From: Dehalococcoidia bacterium
GTDB taxonomy: Bacteria; Chloroflexota; Dehalococcoidia; UBA2979
Reading direction: 5' to 3'
DNA: 64,000 nucleotides
Assembly (NCBI GenBank): GCA_963667465.2
Contig: CAXXDN010000001.1
Coordinates: forward strand, 997,921 to 1,061,920
Below the pieces are notes generated by a model. The model was not told where the DNA came from. It did no database searches and saw only the letters and a list, made by a program, of their open reading frames with translations. A program made the position numbers and the translations under genes. How positions within the stretch are numbered: the stretch's first letter is position 1; each line of letters begins with the position of its first letter. Positions 57,364 through 64,000 of the stretch are shown in pieces.

Positions 57364-57827
57364 TCCGCACCTCCCGCCGCGCTCTTCACCGCGTTGATGA
57401 TGTGCTCGTAGCCCGTGCAGCGGCAGAGGTTGCCGTCCAGCCCTCGGCGAATGTCATCGTCGGAGGGGTCCGGGTGGCGCTCCAACAGGTCGACGCCGGA
57501 CATGATCATGCCCGGCGTGCAGTAGCCGCACTGCAGCCCGTGCTCGTCCCAGAAGGCCTGCTGCAGCGGGTGCAGCTCGCCGTCCGCGCTGAGGCCCTCG
57601 ATGGTGGTGACGGACGCGCCGTCCGCCTGCACCGCCAGCACGGTGCAGGACTTGGCCGACACGCCATCGACGACCACGGTGCAGGCGCCGCACTGGCTCG
57701 TGTCGCAGCCCACATGCGTGCCGGTGAGGTTCAGCTCCTCCCGGAGGAGGTGCACCAGCAGCATGCGGGGCTCCACTTCCAGTTCGTGGGCCCGCCCGTT
57801 CACGGTCACTGAAATCGGTACCGTCAT
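57360..57827 (-). CDS. coxS: 2x[2Fe-2S] small subunit
   Basis: [27 protein letters not shown]. Confidence 0.92.
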   Translation of the reverse strand: MTVPISVTVNGRAHELEVEPRMLLVHLLREELNLTGTHVGCDTSQCGACTVVVDGVSAKSCTVLAVQADGASVTTIEGLSADGELHPLQQAFWDEHGLQCGYCTPGMIMSGVDLLERHPDPSDDDIRRGLDGNLCRCTGYEHIINAVKSAAGGAE

Positions 57828-58285
57828 GTCGCCGCACTCCTCTCTGTTTCCGCCTTCGCCACTTGTTCGATCGCATCGAAGAACTGTCGCGCCATCGTCC
57901 GCGCCGAGCCCGTCAACAGCCGGCCGCCGACGCGCGCGATCGCGCCGCGGACCGACACCTCGGCCTCGTAGCGCAGGCGCGTCCCGGCTCCGTCGTCCAC
58001 GAGCGTGATCGCGGCCTCGCCCGTGCCGCCACCGGGCCGTCCCTGGCCCGAGGCGATCAGCGTGTAGCTCGTCTCCGGCTCCCGGTCGCGCAGCTCGACG
58101 CGGCCCGTGAAGGTCCCGCGCACGGGTCCCACGCCTACGTTCGCGGTCAGTTCCCAGGTGTCGGGGGCAACTTCGTCGAAGGCCTCGCAGCCCGGGATCG
58201 CCGCTTGCAGCGAGGCTGGATCCAGCAGGTGCTTCCACATCACGGAGCGGGGAAGCTCGAAGCGGTGTTCACCGTCTACGCGCAC
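57824..58285 (-). CDS. coxG: CoxG/SRPBCC family protein
   Basis: [27 protein letters not shown]. Confidence 0.85.
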   Translation of the reverse strand: MRVDGEHRFELPRSVMWKHLLDPASLQAAIPGCEAFDEVAPDTWELTANVGVGPVRGTFTGRVELRDREPETSYTLIASGQGRPGGGTGEAAITLVDDGAGTRLRYEAEVSVRGAIARVGGRLLTGSARTMARQFFDAIEQVAKAETERSAAT

Positions 58286-58501
58286 GCGTCACCCCCTCGC
58301 GCGGGCGGATGATAGCACCGATGCGAGGCCCCTTGTCGCCGTGGGTCGCGGTGGTCCCGTTCCCGTCGCACATTGCGAAAGAACGCTATTCGGCCTTCGG
58401 CCCGGGATTTGTTGCCGGCTTCGTCTCCGCCCCACCGTGACTGACGTGACAGCCGCCTCTAGGCTTGAGGGGCGCGGACGGAGCGGGGTGGGAGGCAGCG
58501 C

Positions 58502-59812
58502 GTGCAGGCAGGCACCGAGGGCGTCCACCAGTTCCGCATCCCCATGCCCCCGAACCAGATCCGGCCCAGCAGCCGCGAGCGCTACACGCTCGTCTACGCG
58601 ATCGAAACCGCCGAGGGCTGGGTCATGGTCGACGCGGGGATGGAGAGCGAGGAAGGCCTCGAGGCGCTGCGCCGCCAGATCCCCGAGGCCGGCCTCGACC
58701 CGCGCGACTTCTCGCTGATCGTCGTCACGCACGGCCACAACGACCACTTCGGGCTCGCCGCGAAGGCGCGCGAGTTCACCGGCGCCCCCGTCGCCATCCA
58801 CCGCGCTGACGCCACGAACCCCTACGTGCTCACCTTCGATGCCGAGGCCGGCCCGCCCGAGGTGGACGTGCTCCTCGAGGGCGGCGAGGAGCTCGTGCCT
58901 GGTTCCGGGCTGTGGACGATCTGGACACCCGGACACACGCCCGGCCACACCTGCATCCACGACCGCGGGCGGCGGCTGCTGTTCTCCGGCGACCATGTGC
59001 TGCCGGTCACCACGCCCAACGTCAGCCGCTACCCGACCGATACGGGGAACCCGCTGCAAGACTTCATCGATGGCCACCGCGCGCTCGCCGGCCTCGACGT
59101 GACGATGGTGCATCCGGCCCACGAGTACTCGTTCGCCGACCTCGGCGCCCGCGTCGACGAGATCATCGAGCACCACCACGAGCGCAACGAGGAGATCCTC
59201 GCGGCGGCCGCCGACGGCCCGCGCAGCGCCGCCGGGATCGCGGCGCGCATCACCTGGAACGTGGGCACGTGGGACGAGCTGAACGCCGACACGCGGAACA
59301 TGGCGATCTGGGAGACCAACGCCCACCTCCACTACCTCGTGCGCGAGGGCCAGCTGGTCGAGGAGCAACGCGGCCCGCAGGCCATCACCGAGGCCTTCCG
59401 GGCGGCCTTCGCCGGCGAGCCGCTGCGCTCGATCGCACTCGTCGGCTGCGGCCGCCTGGGCCGCCCGACACTGGCGAGCGAGCCGCTCGCCCAGGCCGGC
59501 TACGAGATCACCGCCGCCTTCGACGCCGACCCGCGCCAGGTCGGCCACACGATCCGCGGCCTCACCGTCGAGTCCGTCGACGGCCTCGAGGAAGCCCTCG
59601 CCGCCTCGGGCGTCGCCGCCGCGATCGTCGCCGTGCCGCCGCGCTACGCGCAGGGCGTCGCCGACCGCCTGGCCGCCGCCGGGGTGCGCACACTCGTCGA
59701 CTACACCGGCACCGTCGAGGTTGCCGGGGAGCGCGTGCGGGTCGTGCATGTCGACGCGATCCGCGCCTTCCAGTCCTCGGCGTACGCGCTTGCCCCGCAG
59801 GCCGCGGGCTGA
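58502..59812 (+). CDS. MBL-fold metallohydrolase with wHTH, fused to a Rex-like NAD(H)-binding domain
   Basis: THGHNDH, TPGHTPGH, SGDH, HPAH. C-terminal ALVGCGRLG, AAFDADP, AIVAVP, AQGVADRL. Confidence 0.82.
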   Translation: MQAGTEGVHQFRIPMPPNQIRPSSRERYTLVYAIETAEGWVMVDAGMESEEGLEALRRQIPEAGLDPRDFSLIVVTHGHNDHFGLAAKAREFTGAPVAIHRADATNPYVLTFDAEAGPPEVDVLLEGGEELVPGSGLWTIWTPGHTPGHTCIHDRGRRLLFSGDHVLPVTTPNVSRYPTDTGNPLQDFIDGHRALAGLDVTMVHPAHEYSFADLGARVDEIIEHHHERNEEILAAAADGPRSAAGIAARITWNVGTWDELNADTRNMAIWETNAHLHYLVREGQLVEEQRGPQAITEAFRAAFAGEPLRSIALVGCGRLGRPTLASEPLAQAGYEITAAFDADPRQVGHTIRGLTVESVDGLEEALAASGVAAAIVAVPPRYAQGVADRLAAAGVRTLVDYTGTVEVAGERVRVVHVDAIRAFQSSAYALAPQAAG

Positions 59813-59830
59813 CTCGGCGGGAGACGAGAC

Positions 59831-62800
59831 ATGCAGCTGATCGACGGGCGCATGGTGTACGCCGCGAGCGACCTCGTCGGGTTCCTCGAGTGCCGGCACC
59901 TCGCCAACCTCGAGCGAGCGGCCACGGAGGGCCACCTGACAAGGCCGCTGCGTCCCGATCCGGTGCTCGACCGCATCGCGCAGCGCGGGGTGGAGCACGA
60001 GCAGCGCTTCCTCGAAGGACTCAGAGCCGAGGGCGCCCGCGTTGTCGAACTGGAGCACGACGAGACGCTCGGCAGGGCAGAACGGATCGCGCGAGGCCGC
60101 GAGGCCACGCTCGAGGCGCTGCGTTCGGGGGTGGACGTCATCTACCAGGCCGTGCTGTTCGAGGGCCGTTGCCTCGGCTACGCGGACTTCCTGCGGCGCG
60201 TCGAGCGCCCGAGCGCCCTCGGCGAGTGGAGCTACGAGGTCTGGGACACCAAGCTGGCGCGGCAGGCCAAGGCCACCGCCGTGCTGCAGCTCTGCATGTA
60301 CTCCGATCTGCTCGCGGGGTTGCAGGGGCGACCGCCTGAGCAGATGCACCTCGCGCTGGGCGGCGTGCAGCGTGAGACCGTCTCCTTCCGCGTGGCGGAC
60401 TACGCGGCCTACTACCGCTCCGTCGCGCGGGACTTCGAGGCGCTGCTCCACGGCCCGGGCTCCTCGTTCCCCGTGCCGTCGAAGCCGGAGCCGGTCGAGC
60501 ACTGCGGCGTCTGCCGCTGGACCCCCGAGTGCCGGGCGCAGTGGCGCGCCGAGGACGACCTGTCGCTGGTGGCGAGCCTGACCAGCCGCCAGCGTCGCGC
60601 GCTCCACGGGATCGACGTCACCACCCGCACCGGCCTCGCCGAGCCGCTGGCGCCGCTCCCGGAGCGCCTCGATGGCGCGGGCCGCGAGGCGCTCTCGAGG
60701 ATCCGCGCGCAGGCGCAGATCCAGGTGCGCGGCGAGCGCGCGGGCGAGGTGCTCTCGGAACGCATCGCGCCGCCGCGTGACCGCGAGGGCGAGCTCGTCC
60801 CCAACAGCGGTCTGCTGATGCTCCCCGAGCCCTCGCCCGGCGACCTCTTCTTCGACATCGAGGGCGACCCGTTCTTCGGCTCCACCGAGGTCGACGGCAT
60901 CGAGTACCTCTTCGGCGTGATCGAGCCGGGCCAGCAGGGAGCCGACGGCCAGCCCGCGTTTCACGCCCTCTGGGCGATCGAGCAAGGGACCGTCACCCCC
61001 CGCGGTGAGCGACGCGCGTTCGAGCGCTTAATCGACCTCGTAATGGATCGCCTCGAGGCCGATCCCGAGCTACACGTCTACCACTACGCGCCTTACGAGC
61101 CGACCGCGGTCAAGCGGCTGGCGGGCCGCTACGGAACGCGCGAGGAGGAAGTCGATCAGCTGCTGCGCGGCGGCGTTTTCGTCGACCTCTACCGCGCGGT
61201 GCGACAGGGCATCCGCGCCTCGGTCGAGAGCTACTCGATCAAGCGGCTGGAACCGCTCTACGGCTACGAACGGGAGGTCGACCTGCGCGACGCCGGCACG
61301 AGCATCGTCGAGTTTGAGACCTGGCTCGAGCTCGGCGCGGGCGAGCGGCGTGACGGGCTGCTCGCGGAGATCGAGGGCTACAACCGCGACGACTGCGTCT
61401 CGACGTTGCGCCTGCGCGACTGGCTGGAGGCACAGCGCGCCGCCCTCGCAACCGAGCTCGGCGACTTGCCGCGCCCGGCGGCGATTGAGCCCGAGGCGAG
61501 GGAGGACAGCGAGGCGCAGCAGGCCGTACAGCAGCTCGTCGGCGAGCTGGTGGCCGGGCTGCCGGACGACCTCGATGCTCTACGCGACGCCGGGCGCGGG
61601 CGCTGGCTGCTGGCGCAACTGCTCAACTGGCACCGCCGCGAGCAGAAGGCGACGTGGTGGCGCTACTTCTACCTCACGAACGAGCTCACGGACGAAGAGC
61701 GTCGCGAGGAGTCCGACGCTCTCGGCGAGCTGACCTTCGAGCAGTCGTGGCGGGACCCCGCGCCAAGGGCGCGCTCGACGATTTACCGCTTCCGCTTCCC
61801 GCCGCAGGAGCACGGCATTGGCGTCGGCTCCTCGCCTCGCGATCCGGAGACAGGCAAGGGGGCCGGGACAGTGTTCGACCTCGATGGCGAGCGCGGGACG
61901 ATCGACCTGAGGCTCGGGTCGGGCAAGCCCGCGCCGTCGCCGACCTCGCTGATCCCGCTGGACCTGTACCGCCCCGCGCCGAAACCCGAGAGCCTGCAGC
62001 GCCTCGCGCGCTGGGTGATCGAGCACGGCCTCGAGGCGTCCGGCGAGTACCGCGCGGCGCGCGACCTGCTGCTGCGCCGCCCGCCGCGCGCGGGCCAGTC
62101 GGCCGGCGCGCCGCTGGCCCGGACTGGCGAAGATGCGGAGGAGGCCGCCCGCCGCCTCGTGCTCGCGCTCGATGAGAGCTATCTCGCGATCCAGGGGCCG
62201 CCGGGCTCCGGCAAGAGCACGGTCGGCGCGCACATGATCGTGGACCTCGTGGCGGCCGGGAAGCGCGTGGGGGTGACCGCGAACAGCCACAAGGTGATCG
62301 GCGAGCTGCTCGAGAAGGCCGCGCGCGTCGCGGATGAGCGAGGCGTCCCGATCGCCATCGGCCAGCGTGCGGGCGAGGACGGACCAGCGTACGAGGACGC
62401 CGAGCACCTCGCCAACAACGACCAGGCGAGGGATGCGCTCGCCGACGGTTCGCTCGACGTGGTCGGCGGCACCTCGTGGCTGTGGTCACGCGAGGACATG
62501 GTTGGCAGCGTCGACGTGCTGTTCATCGACGAGGCCGGGCAGCTGTCGCTTGCCGACGCGATCGCCGCCTTGTCCTGCGCGACCAACCTCGTGCTGCTTG
62601 GCGACCCGCAGCAGCTCGACCAGCCGCTGCAGGGCGTACATCCGCCGGGCGCGGAGCGCTCGGTGCTTGCGCACGTCCTCGATGGCGCTCGCGTGATGCC
62701 GGACCAGCTCGGCCTCTTCCTCGACGGCACCTGGCGCCTGCATCCGGAGATCAGCGCCTACACTTCCGAGGTGTTCTATGAGAGCCGCCTGCACTCGCAC

Positions 62801-63361
62801 GGCGGTCGCGAGGCGCTCGCGGTGAGCGGCAAGCCGCCGTTTGACGGCGCCGGCGTCCGCTTCCTGGATGTGCCGCACGCCGGCAACTCCAACGAGTCGC
62901 CCGAGGAGGTCGACGCCATCGCCGAGCACGTCGGCGCGCTGCTCGCCTCGAAGCCCTCGTGGACCGACGCTACGGGGGGCGTGTGGCCGCTCACGCCGGA
63001 CGACATCCTGATCATCACGCCCTACAACGCGCAGGTCGCGCTGCTGCGCGACGCGCTGCCCGAAATGCGTATCGGCACGGTCGACAAGTTCCAGGGCCAG
63101 GAAGCGCCGATCGCGATCTACTCGATGGCGACGAGCTCTCCCGAGGAGGCCCCGCGCGGCATGGAGTTCCTCTACAGCCTCAACCGCCTGAACGTCGCCA
63201 CGAGCCGCGCCCGGTGCCTCGCCGTCGTCGTGGCGAGCCCGGCCTTGCTACGCCCGCACTGCCGCACGCCTCGCCAGATGCGGCTTGCCAACGCGCTCGC
63301 GCGGCTCGTCGAGGTGGCAGAGGGCTTTCGCCCGGGGAGTTCACGGATCGAGACCGGATAG
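59831..63361 (+). CDS. TM0106-family RecB-like nuclease / RNase H-like / SF1 helicase fusion
   Basis: GYADFL..DTKLAR, CxxCxxxxxC, FFDIEGDP, YNRDDC, GPPGSGKS, DEAGQ, GDPQQL, TVDKFQGQE, RLNVATSRA. Confidence 0.9.
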   Translation: MQLIDGRMVYAASDLVGFLECRHLANLERAATEGHLTRPLRPDPVLDRIAQRGVEHEQRFLEGLRAEGARVVELEHDETLGRAERIARGREATLEALRSGVDVIYQAVLFEGRCLGYADFLRRVERPSALGEWSYEVWDTKLARQAKATAVLQLCMYSDLLAGLQGRPPEQMHLALGGVQRETVSFRVADYAAYYRSVARDFEALLHGPGSSFPVPSKPEPVEHCGVCRWTPECRAQWRAEDDLSLVASLTSRQRRALHGIDVTTRTGLAEPLAPLPERLDGAGREALSRIRAQAQIQVRGERAGEVLSERIAPPRDREGELVPNSGLLMLPEPSPGDLFFDIEGDPFFGSTEVDGIEYLFGVIEPGQQGADGQPAFHALWAIEQGTVTPRGERRAFERLIDLVMDRLEADPELHVYHYAPYEPTAVKRLAGRYGTREEEVDQLLRGGVFVDLYRAVRQGIRASVESYSIKRLEPLYGYEREVDLRDAGTSIVEFETWLELGAGERRDGLLAEIEGYNRDDCVSTLRLRDWLEAQRAALATELGDLPRPAAIEPEAREDSEAQQAVQQLVGELVAGLPDDLDALRDAGRGRWLLAQLLNWHRREQKATWWRYFYLTNELTDEERREESDALGELTFEQSWRDPAPRARSTIYRFRFPPQEHGIGVGSSPRDPETGKGAGTVFDLDGERGTIDLRLGSGKPAPSPTSLIPLDLYRPAPKPESLQRLARWVIEHGLEASGEYRAARDLLLRRPPRAGQSAGAPLARTGEDAEEAARRLVLALDESYLAIQGPPGSGKSTVGAHMIVDLVAAGKRVGVTANSHKVIGELLEKAARVADERGVPIAIGQRAGEDGPAYEDAEHLANNDQARDALADGSLDVVGGTSWLWSREDMVGSVDVLFIDEAGQLSLADAIAALSCATNLVLLGDPQQLDQPLQGVHPPGAERSVLAHVLDGARVMPDQLGLFLDGTWRLHPEISAYTSEVFYESRLHSHGGREALAVSGKPPFDGAGVRFLDVPHAGNSNESPEEVDAIAEHVGALLASKPSWTDATGGVWPLTPDDILIITPYNAQVALLRDALPEMRIGTVDKFQGQEAPIAIYSMATSSPEEAPRGMEFLYSLNRLNVATSRARCLAVVVASPALLRPHCRTPRQMRLANALARLVEVAEGFRPGSSRIETG

Positions 63362-63433
63362 ATCGCGGCGCCGGCCTTCCGGGCTACGATGTGCGAGTGT
63401 CGGCGGGTTACGATCCGCTGAGGAGGCGGCACG

Positions 63434-64000
63434 GTGCTGACGAAGCTCATCATCCGCAACTTCAAGCGCTTCGAGGATGTCGAGGTCGAGCTCGGCAACC
63501 CCGTCGTCTTCATCGGCCCGAACAACTCGGGCAAGACGTCAGCGATGCAGGCGCTGGCGCTCTGGGACATTGGACTCAAGCGCTGGAACGAGCGCCGGGC
63601 TAGGCTGCCCATGCCCGAGAAGCGGCCTGGCGTGACGGTAAACCGCCGTGATCTGGTAGCGATTCCCGTTCCGTACGCGAACCTGCTATGGCACGGGTTG
63701 CATACGCGAAATGTCAGCCGAGTCGGTGGGCGGCAGCGAACCGGCAACATCCGGGTAGACATCAGCGTGGAGGGTGTTGAGGGCAACACCGCGTGGCGCT
63801 GCGGGCTGGAGTTCGACTATGCGAATGAGGAATCGTTCTATTGCCGTCCGATGCGGATCGGTGAAGCCGAGCCGGTGCAGCGTATGCCCGTCCCCCCAGA
63901 GGCGGGGTCCGTAGAGATCGCCTTCCTCCCACCGATGTCTGGCCTCGCTGCCACCGAGACCAGGCTTGATCCCGGAGCGGTCAATGTGCGGGTCGGCGAA
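63434..64000 (+). CDS. ABC/SMC-like AAA ATPase, runs off the window
   Basis: Not in ORF track. AGGAGG RBS and GTG give MLTKLIIRNFKRF...FIGPNNSGKT (Walker A). Frame open to the window end. Confidence 0.85.
   Translation, partial: MLTKLIIRNFKRFEDVEVELGNPVVFIGPNNSGKTSAMQALALWDIGLKRWNERRARLPMPEKRPGVTVNRRDLVAIPVPYANLLWHGLHTRNVSRVGGRQRTGNIRVDISVEGVEGNTAWRCGLEFDYANEESFYCRPMRIGEAEPVQRMPVPPEAGSVEIAFLPPMSGLAATETRLDPGAVNVRVGE

Noticed and set aside
58370-58400. Possible Rex operator or SOS box upstream of the MBL-Rex fusion
   Set aside because: TTGCGAA has no matching TTCACAA half-site, and GAAC-GCTA-TTCG does not fit GAAC-N4-GTTC.
154-60985. Many long antisense or alternate-frame ORFs (e.g. 154..1422, 4426..7221, 19788..22754, 25694..28018, 55003..57411, 58289..60985)
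   Set aside because: Shadow ORFs of high-GC coding strands: they overlap well-supported genes and carry no family motifs.
1-64000. Other UGA-terminated genes as selenoproteins; tRNA-Sec, rRNA, CRISPR, IS elements
   Set aside because: The other UGA stops I checked fall at natural family C-termini with no Cys-motif context. No tRNA arms, repeat-spacer arrays or transposase motifs were seen by eye.

Overview
High-GC (roughly 70% by eye) bacterial chromosomal segment of about 50 genes, mostly catabolic and redox enzymes. These include four luciferase-like monooxygenases, SDR/MDR dehydrogenases, CoA enzymes, two molybdenum-hydroxylase loci (one a form II coxG-S-L-M cluster), MFS and peptide-ABC transport, and two type II toxin-antitoxin pairs. 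The gene repertoire and the AGAAC-N4-GTTCT SOS box suggest Chloroflexota/Dehalococcoidia (inference). Main signals the ORF track misses or misreads: (1) two in-frame UGA selenoproteins with similar SECIS-like hairpins, a DsbA/FrnE-type UPWC protein (22719-23330) and a 580-aa CUGSC fusion protein (28623-30365) in an apparent operon with an NTF2 protein and an atypical thioredoxin reductase; (2) a split imuB / dnaE2 mutasome transcribed divergently from a 46-bp near-perfect palindrome that holds one SOS box and two mirror-image extended -10 elements; (3) a metallo-beta-lactamase-fold hydrolase fused to a Rex-like NAD(H)-sensing domain; (4) five intergenic gene relics (DUF35, SodC, ribokinase, LLM, DUF1330). 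No rRNA, tRNA, CRISPR array or transposase was recognised. All family assignments come from motif recognition by eye, not database searches.
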